From: Lysobacteraceae bacterium NML03-0222
Lineage (GTDB): Bacteria > Pseudomonadota > Gammaproteobacteria > Xanthomonadales > Xanthomonadaceae
Reading direction: 5' to 3'
Length of the DNA stretch: 32,000 nt
Assembly: GCA_002798195.1 (NCBI GenBank)
Contig: NWQM01000005.1
Span: 28,034-60,033 of the forward strand
Shown one piece after another: positions 8,869 through 17,317 of this stretch (its first letter is position 1; every line of letters starts with the position of its first letter). The notes beneath the pieces were generated by a model. That model worked only from the letters and a program-made list of their open reading frames with translations, did not search any database and was not told the DNA's origin. Position numbers and translations under genes: made by a program.

Positions 8869-9969
8869 ATGCGCCTGCGCCTTCCCCTGTTGTTGACCGC
8901 GGCTCTGCTGCTGAACGCCTGCGCCGGAAAAACCACTTCACCGGCGCTGGCACCGCAAGCCCCGCAAGTGCTCGCCGCCCAGAACGCGCCTGCGCCTGCC
9001 CCTGCCGCCCTGCCAAGCCCCGCCACCACTGCGGAACCCGCCGCTGACGATGCGCCCGACATGGCGCTTGTCGCCGTACCCGTGGCTGTGACCAGCGAGG
9101 CAGCGCCTGCTGCCCAGCCTGCCCGCACTGCGGCCGACACCCCTGCGCTTGCGCAAGACAACACCCCGCAAACCCAGGCCGAAGACGATTTTGTACTGCT
9201 CTACGGCAATGGCGAATACGACCCGGTAGCCGACGCCAGCCTGCCCGCCGGCGTGGCGCTCTCACCGTCTTATGACCCGTGGGAGCCTCTCAACCGCCGC
9301 ATACATGCCTTCAACAATTTTGTTGACCGCTATCTGGCCACACCACTGGCACGCGCCTATGTCGCCGTGGTGCCGCGCCCGGTACGGCTTGGCATCAGCA
9401 ACTTCTTCAACAATCTGCGCCAGCCGCTTTCGGCCTTCAATGCACTGCTGCAAGGCCGCCCCGGCGATGCCGGTTTTTCCATGATTCGCTTCACGCTCAA
9501 CATGACATTGGGCATTGGCGGCCTATTCGACCCGGCCACCCGCTTCAATGTGCCGCATATCAACGAAGACTTCGGGCAAACCCTGGCGGTATGGGGCTGG
9601 CGCCAGTCACGCTATGTGGAACTGCCATTCTTTGGTCCGCGCACCCTGCGCGATGTGTTCGGCATGGTGGCCGACACACCATTCTCGGCACTGCCGCATA
9701 TCAAGGGCAGCAAAGCCCGCGTAGGTCTGCAAGGCCTGCAACTGGCCGATATCCGCAGCCGCCTGTTCTCGGTGGACAGCATGCGTGAAGGCGTGGCCGA
9801 CGAATACCTGCTGTACCGCGATGCCTGGCTGCAACGGCGCAATTACCAGATTCTGCGCGATATGGAGCAAACCGACCTGAAACAGGACGGCCTGCCCGAC
9901 TATCTGAGCGAGCCCGAGGACAACCCCAACATCCCGGCAGACGGCATACCGGTACAGGGGCTGCCCTGA
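8869..9969 (+). CDS. mlaA: MlaA/VacJ family outer-membrane lipoprotein with long Ala/Pro-rich N-terminal linker
   Basis: Signal peptide plus lipobox LLLNAC. The MlaA core begins around DPWEPLNRRIHAFNNFVDRY…GIGGLFDP…FGQTLAVWG. Starts 4 nt after the mlaB stop. Confidence 0.85.
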   Translation: MRLRLPLLLTAALLLNACAGKTTSPALAPQAPQVLAAQNAPAPAPAALPSPATTAEPAADDAPDMALVAVPVAVTSEAAPAAQPARTAADTPALAQDNTPQTQAEDDFVLLYGNGEYDPVADASLPAGVALSPSYDPWEPLNRRIHAFNNFVDRYLATPLARAYVAVVPRPVRLGISNFFNNLRQPLSAFNALLQGRPGDAGFSMIRFTLNMTLGIGGLFDPATRFNVPHINEDFGQTLAVWGWRQSRYVELPFFGPRTLRDVFGMVADTPFSALPHIKGSKARVGLQGLQLADIRSRLFSVDSMREGVADEYLLYRDAWLQRRNYQILRDMEQTDLKQDGLPDYLSEPEDNPNIPADGIPVQGLP

Positions 9970-9995
9970 TTCCCGGCGCTTGTTCAGCGCCCGAA

Positions 9996-10040
9996 GCTGC
10001 GGATTATTCAAACCCCTGCGCGCAGGGCTTATGCCGCAGC
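9996..10040. terminator. nested hairpin between convergent mlaA and rmuC (candidate bidirectional terminator)
   Basis: Outer arms GCTGCGG (9996-10002) / CCGCAGC (10034-10040) enclose the perfect 14-nt palindrome CCCTGCGCGCAGGG (10014-10027). On the minus strand the inner hairpin is followed by GTTTGAATAAT. There is no clean U-tract. Confidence 0.35.
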
Positions 10041-10103
10041 GCCGGGAAAGCTCTGCGACAGCACACCCTTATGCCCAATGGCAGTTTGATAATTGATGGC
10101 ATG

Positions 10104-11516
10104 TCAGCCATCTGAAGTCCGCTCCTCTCCCTGCTCCGGCAATGCCAGACCCTCGCTGGGCAGCGCCTCGACCTGCTTGAGTTTGCGCTCGATTGCGCGG
10201 CTGCGAACCCCGGCATCGTCAATTTTGTTGCTGGCCTCGGTGAGCTTTTTCTTGACCGCATCCAGCGCCAGACCAAATTTGCCGAACTCGGTCTTGACCG
10301 CGCCAAGCGTTTGCCAGACTTCGCTGCTGCGTTTTTCAATCGCCAGCGTGCGAAAGCCCATTTGCAAGGCATTGAGCAAGGCCAGCAGGGTGGTGGGCCC
10401 CACCAATGTCACCCGATGCTCGCGCTGTAGCGCCTCAAACAGGCCGGGACGGCGGATGACTTCGGCATACAGCCCTTCGGTAGGCAAAAACAGTAATGCA
10501 AAATCGGTGGTTTCCGGGGGCGCGACATATTTTGTGCGAATCTTTTTTGCCTCATCACGGATACGCATTTCCAGCGCGCGCGCAGCCTCCTGCATGGCGG
10601 CGCTATCGGCACGCTCTTGCGCCTCCAGAAGCCGCTCATAGTCTTCTTGCGGAAACTTGGCATCAATCGGCAGCCAGACTGTTTCCCCCTGCCCGGCACC
10701 CGGCAGCTTGACGGCGTATTCCACCCGTTCACCGGCATTTTTCACCGTCGCCACATTGCTGGCGTATTGCTCGCAAGTCAGCACCTGCTCCAGCAATGCC
10801 CCCAGCTGCACCTCGCCAAAAGTGCCACGGGTTTTGACATTCACCAGCACCCGCTTCAAATCCCCCACGCCGCTTGCCAGTTGCTGCATTTCGCCAAGGC
10901 CGCGCTGCACGGCTTCAAGCCGTTCGCTGACCAACCGGAATGACTCGCCCAGGCGGGTTTCCAGCGTGCTTTGCAGTTTTTCATCCACGGTGACGCGCAT
11001 CTGCTCCAGCTTCTGCGCATTATCCGTCTGCATGGCTTGCAGCTGCTTTTCCACCTGCATGCGCAACTCGGCCATGCTGGCGGCATTGCGCTCTGCCTGC
11101 TCTTTCAGATAATTGCCCAGCGCCTCGGCAAACCGTTGCTGCTGCTCGGCCTGCTCACGGCGGCTACGTGCAGCATCCTCGCCGATGGCGATGCGAAACT
11201 CGTCCAGCCGCCGGTCGGTACGTTCGGTCAGTTCATTGATGCGCTGGTTCAGCGCAGTATTGTGCTGCTGTTGCAACTGCCCGGACTCACTGCGCGCAGC
11301 CTGCGCATCCCGGGTCAGGCTGGCGGTCAGTGCGCTCAATGTTTCGCGCAGCTCACCCCGTCCTTCACGCTGTTCGCTACGCAATGTGTCTTGCAGTTTT
11401 TCCCGCAAAACGCCAAGCCCGGCATCGGGTTTGCGCAGCAAAAGGACAATCAAAAGAACGATGGCAACCGCCACCGCCAACAACAGGGTCAGCAATAACA
11501 AGGATTCATTCGGCAT
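10104..11516 (-). CDS. rmuC: DNA recombination protein RmuC
   Basis: N-terminal TM helix, a long Q/E/R-rich coiled coil, then the RmuC domain (…VEYAVKLPG…VWLPIDAKFPQEDYERL…FALLFLPTEGLYAE…). Confidence 0.9.
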   Translation of the reverse strand: MPNESLLLLTLLLAVAVAIVLLIVLLLRKPDAGLGVLREKLQDTLRSEQREGRGELRETLSALTASLTRDAQAARSESGQLQQQHNTALNQRINELTERTDRRLDEFRIAIGEDAARSRREQAEQQQRFAEALGNYLKEQAERNAASMAELRMQVEKQLQAMQTDNAQKLEQMRVTVDEKLQSTLETRLGESFRLVSERLEAVQRGLGEMQQLASGVGDLKRVLVNVKTRGTFGEVQLGALLEQVLTCEQYASNVATVKNAGERVEYAVKLPGAGQGETVWLPIDAKFPQEDYERLLEAQERADSAAMQEAARALEMRIRDEAKKIRTKYVAPPETTDFALLFLPTEGLYAEVIRRPGLFEALQREHRVTLVGPTTLLALLNALQMGFRTLAIEKRSSEVWQTLGAVKTEFGKFGLALDAVKKKLTEASNKIDDAGVRSRAIERKLKQVEALPSEGLALPEQGEERTSDG

Positions 11517-11561
11517 GCGCCAAGTGTAGTCATTCGCGTCGCAAATCTTGCGACTGGGTCA

Positions 11562-12731
11562 TCAATCCAGCACGCGGCAGAACACAGCCTTCAAATAACG
11601 CGATTCGGGCACCTGCGCCAGCCACGGGTGGTCGGCGCCGGCGCCGGCGACCTTCAGCACTTGCACGGTGCGTCCGGCATAGAAAGCGGCGCGGCGCAGC
11701 ATGTCGAGGAACTGCTCCTCGCTGACCAGGCCGGTGCAGGAGAAGGTGGCAAACAGCCCGCCGGGCTTGACCACGCCCAGCGCCAGTTTATTCATATCCA
11801 GATATTTCTTCAGCGCGCTGATGACTTGCTCACGGTCGCGGGTCATCTTCGCCGGGTCGAGAATCACCACATCAAACGCTTCGCCGTTATTGGCCGCATC
11901 ACGCAGCCAGGGAAAGATGTCGGCCTGCACAAAGCGCGGTTTGACGCCGTTGAGCCGGGCATTGCCACGGGCGATGTCAATCACCGCAGGGTCAATATCC
12001 ACCCCCACCACTTCTGTCGCGCCGCGTGCGGCGGCATACACGGCAAAGCCGCCGGTATTGCAGCACAGGTCTAGCACCCGCTTGCCCGCGCACTGGCGCG
12101 AAAGCCATTCGCGGTTTTCGCGCTGGTCGGCAAAGAAGCCGGTTTTGTGGGCGCCTGCCGGGTCGGCACGGAACTGGATGCCGTATTCGCTAATCACCGC
12201 CGGCTGCGTGCCTTGCGTATCGCGGTAATCAAAACTTTCCTGCTTTTGCACATGCTCATCGGCAAAACTGTGGAAGCGGCAGCCAGGAAACTGCCCGCGC
12301 AGGGCATTGAAGATGATTTCCCGATGCCGCCATGCCCCGGCGCTGAAAAAGCCAACCACAATCAGGTCGTCGTAACGGTCAACCACCAGACCACTGATGC
12401 CATCACCCTCGCTGTGAAATACCCGCCAGGCATTGCTGACTTCATCCAGCCGCAACACCTCGCGGCGCAGCTTGATGGCCTCGGCAATCTTGCGCTCAAA
12501 CCAGGCCGCATCCACCTGCACCGCCGGGTCGGTTTCCAGCACCCGCAGCGCAATGCGTGAATGGCCGTTGTAGAAGGCATAGCCGATAAACGCGCCGTCC
12601 ACGCCACGCACTTCCACCAGATTGCCCGGCTTGGGGCGCTCGGCAGGCTTTTCCACCAGACGCTGAAAAATCCACGGATGCGTGGACTTCCACGCGTTCT
12701 TGAGCCGGATAACAGGGAGCTGAGTATTCAT
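11562..12731 (-). CDS. rlmI: class I SAM-dependent rRNA (m5C-type) methyltransferase, RlmI-like (PUA + MTase)
   Basis: 389 aa. N-terminal PUA-like part (HPWIFQRLV…GNLVEV), SAM-binding VLDLCCNTGGFAVYAA, and DVVILDPAKM typical of the RlmI/YccW family. Confidence 0.8.
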   Translation of the reverse strand: MNTQLPVIRLKNAWKSTHPWIFQRLVEKPAERPKPGNLVEVRGVDGAFIGYAFYNGHSRIALRVLETDPAVQVDAAWFERKIAEAIKLRREVLRLDEVSNAWRVFHSEGDGISGLVVDRYDDLIVVGFFSAGAWRHREIIFNALRGQFPGCRFHSFADEHVQKQESFDYRDTQGTQPAVISEYGIQFRADPAGAHKTGFFADQRENREWLSRQCAGKRVLDLCCNTGGFAVYAAARGATEVVGVDIDPAVIDIARGNARLNGVKPRFVQADIFPWLRDAANNGEAFDVVILDPAKMTRDREQVISALKKYLDMNKLALGVVKPGGLFATFSCTGLVSEEQFLDMLRRAAFYAGRTVQVLKVAGAGADHPWLAQVPESRYLKAVFCRVLD

Positions 12732-12788
12732 CCGCGCATTTTACGCGGGCTGGACGGGCAACAAAGCACGCCTGAAAAACACCATTGC

Positions 12789-13634
12789 ATGAATGCAAAC
12801 TTGTCCTTGGCTTGCATTCAGTGCTTCTGGCTCCACCTTCTGCGCATGATGGATCTTCCCCAACACGATATTCCCGACACCCCCGAGCAGCGCGCCCGGG
12901 ATCGGGGTCGTGCGCTGCGCGCCTTCAATCTCGCTCTGGCATCGGTATTGTTGCTGGCGGTGGTGTTTTTTTCGCAAGAAAGTTTTGATGCACGCGCTTT
13001 CAGCGTGCGTCCGCATTTGCCGGCCGGCTTGTGGGGCATCCTCAGTGCGCCTTTTTTGCACGGCAGCCTCAAACATCTGGCCACCAATGCGGTGGCGATA
13101 TTGATGCTGGGCACCTTGGCAGGCAGCGTGTTTCCGCGTGCCACGCTGCGCAGCCTGCCCTTGATTTGGCTGGGCGCGGGACTGGGCGCATGGCTCTTGG
13201 GACAGCCCGGGCAATATCATCTTGGCGCCAGTGGCATCACCCATGGCCTGGGTTTTCTGGTGTTTGCGCTGGGCTTGATTCGCCGCGACCGAGCTGCCAT
13301 TGCCGCCGGCATGCTGGCCTTCCTGTTTTTTGGCGGCATGTTGCTGACCGTCTTGCCACAAGAGCCGGGGGTGAGCTGGCAATCGCATCTGGGCGGCGCC
13401 ATCGGCGGTGCACTCGGCGCGCTCTTGTTCCGTCATGCCGACCCGATCCCGCCGCGCAAACGCTATAGCTGGGAGCTGGAAGAAGAAGCCGAGACCGAAG
13501 CCGAACGCCTGCAACAACAAGGGCTGGAGCCTGAACGCCCAGCGCATGTCCAGGTCATTTGGCAGCGCATCGAGCCCGGCGAGCCGCCCGCCGATGCGAA
13601 CAAAGTGGTTCCCTTCCGCCGTCCCGGCCACTGA
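12789..13634 (+). CDS. rhomboid family intramembrane serine protease
   Basis: Multiple TM helices with …FLHGSLKHLATNAV…, catalytic-type GASGITHG and a later SHLGGAIGG. The upstream part of the track ORF (from 12561) is antisense to rlmI. Start is ATG 12789 or ATG 12846 (MMDLPQ…). Confidence 0.8.
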   Translation: MNANLSLACIQCFWLHLLRMMDLPQHDIPDTPEQRARDRGRALRAFNLALASVLLLAVVFFSQESFDARAFSVRPHLPAGLWGILSAPFLHGSLKHLATNAVAILMLGTLAGSVFPRATLRSLPLIWLGAGLGAWLLGQPGQYHLGASGITHGLGFLVFALGLIRRDRAAIAAGMLAFLFFGGMLLTVLPQEPGVSWQSHLGGAIGGALGALLFRHADPIPPRKRYSWELEEEAETEAERLQQQGLEPERPAHVQVIWQRIEPGEPPADANKVVPFRRPGH

Positions 13635-13646
13635 ACGGCCTGCGCC

Positions 13647-14345
13647 TCAAGCCGACTTGATTCTCCGCCCGTAACGGCGTTCCAGCCACACCGCCGCGGC
13701 AAGTGCCACCGCGACCGGTGCAAGCCAAGGGAAAAGCTGCACCCAAGCAGCCGGCAAATCCGCCATTTGCTGCACCCATGACAACAACTTCCTGAGGCCA
13801 AGGCCGAGAAAAGCAATATGCGTTGCGATACCGACCCCCAGCATGGATTGGTAGTGCAAACGCAGATGCCAGCCCGGTGCCTGCACGCGGCGGCGGGCAA
13901 ATCGCCATATGCGAACGCCCAACAGCAGGCCAATGGCGGAATAGCCGATGAAAAGTGCCTGCCCCCAGCCTATCCCGACGCACAGCACCAGCACGGCCAT
14001 CACCACGGTCAGCCAAAGATTGAGTGACCAGCCGATGCGGCGCGTCATGCCTTGCCAGTCATGCTTGTCGGTTACGGCACGCCAGGCCAGCCACAGCGGG
14101 AGAGCCGTCAGGGGCAACAAATAAGCCAGAAACAATGCTGCCAGCCATTGCTGCTGCAACAGCCGCTCAATCACCAACGGCAGGCCACTGGCAATCACCA
14201 CGCACATCGCTTGCATGAACAGCCTGCCAACACGGCGATGCCCCGGTGAGCCCTTGCGCAGCCATGCTGCAGTCCAGAAAGACAGCAGCGCCACACTGCC
14301 AGCCGCGATATGCAGCAGCAGGAAAATCTTGAATACCCACATCAT
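13647..14345 (-). CDS. polytopic inner-membrane protein of unknown function (possibly DUF2306-like)
   Basis: 232 aa with ~6 hydrophobic helices. ATGATG start is preceded by GAGGAAG. The N-terminal LHIAAGSVALL…HRRVGRLFM pattern resembles DUF2306-type proteins (recollection, not searched). Confidence 0.6.
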   Translation of the reverse strand: MMWVFKIFLLLHIAAGSVALLSFWTAAWLRKGSPGHRRVGRLFMQAMCVVIASGLPLVIERLLQQQWLAALFLAYLLPLTALPLWLAWRAVTDKHDWQGMTRRIGWSLNLWLTVVMAVLVLCVGIGWGQALFIGYSAIGLLLGVRIWRFARRRVQAPGWHLRLHYQSMLGVGIATHIAFLGLGLRKLLSWVQQMADLPAAWVQLFPWLAPVAVALAAAVWLERRYGRRIKSA

Positions 14346-14489
14346 TCAACTTCCTCGGAAAACCGGCAGACAGTCTCACCATCGACAGGCAGCCAAGGCA
14401 GTCCCAAACGTCACTCATCGACCCTGCCGGAAGTCACTTTTTGCGGAATTCAGCTTGCGGGGATTGCAACAGCAAATCACCATAACGGC

Positions 14490-15575
14490 ATGAAATCACG
14501 CACAAAACTCCGGGTAAGTCCACTTGATGGCGTTGCCTTTGCCACCTTGCTCGTCATCGGCCTGAGCTTGCCGCAACTGCCTGTGGATGCGCGCTACCGC
14601 ATTTATGCCGGGCTACTGGCTTTTGCTGCTCTGCTGTTGCTGGAAGACCATCTGTCACGCCGCTGGCAGGGACTGGTGTTGGCAGGGATGGGCGTGCTGT
14701 CGCTATGGCTGCTGCTTGCCTACACGATTGGCATGCTCGCCATCCTCAGCATCATCTGGGCGGCGGTGCTGGCTGCGGCCTGGCCGCTGCACCGGGTTTT
14801 GCTGGCAGTCGGGCTGTTTGACCTGCTGGCATTGTTCGGCCCCGGGGGGCTGGCTTACAACGGGTATCTGCCCGACCTGCTGTCACTGGCCTGCTTTCAG
14901 GGCTTCGCTGCACTGACCCTCAGCTATGCCCGCCGTGCCGAGGAAACCCGCGACCATCTGGCACGGGTGAATGCCGACCTGCTGGCCACCCGCAGTCTGC
15001 TGGCCGAAACCGCCCGCAATACCGAGCGCCTGCGCCTTGCCCGCGAACTGCACGATGTGGTCGGCCACAAGCTCACCGCCCTGCGACTCAATCTGCGCGC
15101 CCTGGCTGCCGGGCAGCCGTCCGAATCGCTGCATCTGGCCGAACAACTGGCCGCCGAGCTGCTAGCCGACATCCGTCATGTGGTGCAGGAAATCCGCGCC
15201 GATGACGGACTTGATCTGCACACGGCCCTGCACGCACTGGCCGCCCCATTCCCGCGACCACAACTGCGGATAAGCATCGCCGCCGATGTCAAACTGAACG
15301 ACCCACTGCTCGCCGAAACCCTGCTGCGGGTTGTGCAAGAGGCACTGACCAACAGTGCCCGACACAGCAACGCCCGCAACCTGCATGTCAGGCTTGGCCA
15401 TGAAGAAGGCCAACTGCACCTGCATATCGAAGATGATGGGCAACTCCAGGCGCCGTTGCGCGAAGGCAATGGCCTTGCCGGAATGCGCGAGCGCATCCAT
15501 GAGCGCCACGGCAGGCTGGTGTTCTCATGCAGTGAAAAGGGGGCACTGCGCATTGACGCGGTGCTGCCGGCATGA
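14490..15575 (+). CDS. sensor histidine kinase, HisKA_3 (NarX/LiaS/DesK) class, membrane-embedded sensor
   Basis: About 5 TM helices with almost no periplasmic loops. H-box LARELHDVVGHKLTAL, N-box EALTNSARHS, G-box DDG…GNGLAGMRER. Start moved to ATG 14490 (MKSRTKL); the track extension from 14310 has no protein-like features. Confidence 0.85.
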   Translation: MKSRTKLRVSPLDGVAFATLLVIGLSLPQLPVDARYRIYAGLLAFAALLLLEDHLSRRWQGLVLAGMGVLSLWLLLAYTIGMLAILSIIWAAVLAAAWPLHRVLLAVGLFDLLALFGPGGLAYNGYLPDLLSLACFQGFAALTLSYARRAEETRDHLARVNADLLATRSLLAETARNTERLRLARELHDVVGHKLTALRLNLRALAAGQPSESLHLAEQLAAELLADIRHVVQEIRADDGLDLHTALHALAAPFPRPQLRISIAADVKLNDPLLAETLLRVVQEALTNSARHSNARNLHVRLGHEEGQLHLHIEDDGQLQAPLREGNGLAGMRERIHERHGRLVFSCSEKGALRIDAVLPA

Positions 15576-16207
15576 AAACCGCACTGCGCCTTGCCCTGGC
15601 CGATGACCAAGCATTGATCCGCAGTGGCCTGCGGGTATTGCTGGAGCAACAGGGCTTTGTCATCGCCTGCGAAGCCGACAGCGGCAGCACCCTGCTGGCG
15701 CAATTGGCCAGCTGCCCGGTTGACCTGATTCTCAGCGACATCCGCATGCCAGAGATGGATGGCATCAGCGCCTTGCGCCAATTGCGCAAATCCGGCAATA
15801 CCACCCCCTGCGTACTGCTCACCACCTTCGATGACAGCGAGCTGTTGCTGGCCGCCTGCGAAGCGGGAGCACAAGGTTTCCTGCTCAAGGATGCGGCCCC
15901 CGAGGATTTGTGCGAAGCAATTTGCCGGGCGCTGGCGGGTGAATCCCTATTGCAACCGCTCAGCCCCGGGCCTGTACGCGCACGCTATCGTTATCACGAT
16001 CAGAATGCGCCCAAGGCTCTGTTTTCCGCGCGCGAAATCGCCATCCTTCGGCTCATGGCCGGTGGCTACAGCAACAAGGAAATCGCCCGCAGCCTGTTTC
16101 TGGCCGAAGGCACGGTGAAAAACTACGTCTCCACCATACTCGACAAGCTCGGCAGCCGCGACCGTACCCGTGCGGTACTGAAGGCCATCACCCTGCAAAT
16201 CATCTGA
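15572..16207 (+). CDS. NarL/FixJ (LuxR-type HTH) response regulator
   Basis: ATG overlaps the kinase stop (ATGA). Receiver domain (…LADDQALIR…DLILSDIRMPEMDG…LLTTF…) plus C-terminal LuxR HTH (…SAREIAILRLMAGGYSNKEIARSLFLAEGTVKNYVSTILDKLG). Confidence 0.9.
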   Translation: MKTALRLALADDQALIRSGLRVLLEQQGFVIACEADSGSTLLAQLASCPVDLILSDIRMPEMDGISALRQLRKSGNTTPCVLLTTFDDSELLLAACEAGAQGFLLKDAAPEDLCEAICRALAGESLLQPLSPGPVRARYRYHDQNAPKALFSAREIAILRLMAGGYSNKEIARSLFLAEGTVKNYVSTILDKLGSRDRTRAVLKAITLQII

Positions 16208-16269
16208 ACGCGGGCAGGCGCGGCGACGTATGATTCCGGCTTCTTTCCCCATCAATCAAGGTGCCGCGC

Positions 16270-17298
16270 ATGTCGCAGTGGTATTTCATCCAGCCCGGCC
16301 AAATCGAGCGTCACGGGCCGTTCGATACCGACCAAGCGTTCAGCCATGTCCAGCAGCACCCGGATGCACTGTGCTGGCGGCTGGGATTGTCCGGCTGGCA
16401 ACCGGCGCGGGCGATGCCGGAGTTTGCCGAAGCGTATGCAACCGGCCTGCCCGAGGATATGCCGCCGGTTCCACCGCCGAACCAGGCCGCACGCATGGCC
16501 AGTGACGACATCGACTACCGCATCGTCGGCAACGACATGCCGTTCGTGGAAGTGGAGCTTGACCCCGGCGAAAGCGCGGTGGCCGAGGCCGGGGCGCTGA
16601 TGTACAAGGATGCTGCCGTGCAAATGGATACCGTATTTGGTGATGGCTCCAAATCCGGCGGTGGCGGGATGATGGACAAGCTGTTTGCCGCCGGTCGTCG
16701 CGTGGTTACCGGCGAGAGCCTGTTCACCACCGTGTTCACCCATGCCGGGCAGGGCAAGGCCAAGGTGGCATTTGCCGCGCCGTATCCGGGCACGGTGTTG
16801 CCGCTGCGGCTGGCCGAACATGGCGGGCGCATCATCTGCCAGAAGGACAGCTTTCTGGCCGGTGCGCGCGGCGTGAAACTCGGCATTTTCTTCCAGAAAC
16901 GCATTCTCACCGGGCTATTCGGCGGCGAGGGCTTCATCATGCAGCAGCTCGATGGTGATGGCTGGGTGTTCGTGCATGCCGGCGGCACGCTGGTGGAGCG
17001 CGACCTGGCTGCTGGCGAGCGGCTGGATGTGGATACTGGCTGCGTGGTGGCCTTCCATCCCACGGTACAGATGGATATCCGCACCGTGGGCGGCATCAAG
17101 AGCATGTTGTTCGGTGGCGAAGGCATGTTTCTTGCCACCCTGACGGGTCCTGGCAAGGTCTGGCTGCAATCGCTGCCGTTCTCGCGCATGGCCGGGCGGA
17201 TGCTGGCCGCCGCCCCGCAGGCCGGTGGCAAAAGCATGGGCGAAGGCTCGGTACTTGGTGGCCTTGGCCGTCTGCTCGATGGCGATAACGGCTTTTGA
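16270..17298 (+). CDS. GYF_2 (DUF4339)-like N-terminal domain fused to AIM24 / TIGR00266 (DUF124) family domain; function unknown
   Basis: N-terminus QWYFIQPGQIERHGPFD…ALCWRLGLSGWQPARAMPEF fits the bacterial GYF_2 pattern. Residues from ~80 on (IDYRIVGNDMPFVEVELDPGESAVAEAGALMY…GEGFIMQQLDGDGWVFVHAGG…FLATLTGPGKVWLQSLP) fit AIM24/TIGR00266. ATG 16270 has AAGG 9 nt upstream. Confidence 0.75.
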   Translation: MSQWYFIQPGQIERHGPFDTDQAFSHVQQHPDALCWRLGLSGWQPARAMPEFAEAYATGLPEDMPPVPPPNQAARMASDDIDYRIVGNDMPFVEVELDPGESAVAEAGALMYKDAAVQMDTVFGDGSKSGGGGMMDKLFAAGRRVVTGESLFTTVFTHAGQGKAKVAFAAPYPGTVLPLRLAEHGGRIICQKDSFLAGARGVKLGIFFQKRILTGLFGGEGFIMQQLDGDGWVFVHAGGTLVERDLAAGERLDVDTGCVVAFHPTVQMDIRTVGGIKSMLFGGEGMFLATLTGPGKVWLQSLPFSRMAGRMLAAAPQAGGKSMGEGSVLGGLGRLLDGDNGF

Positions 17299-17317
17299 TA
17301 GTCGACACAATGACCCT

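Noticed and set aside
10104-11516. RmuC as part of a defence or mobile island
   Set aside because: It has the standard housekeeping architecture (TM + coiled coil + RmuC domain). It is flanked by core genes (mlaA, rRNA methyltransferase), with no adjacent restriction, abortive-infection or mobile genes.
14310-14489. Upstream extension of the histidine kinase ORF to 14310
   Set aside because: The extension overlaps the divergent membrane-protein gene start and has no hydrophobic or domain character. The first TM segment follows ATG 14490.
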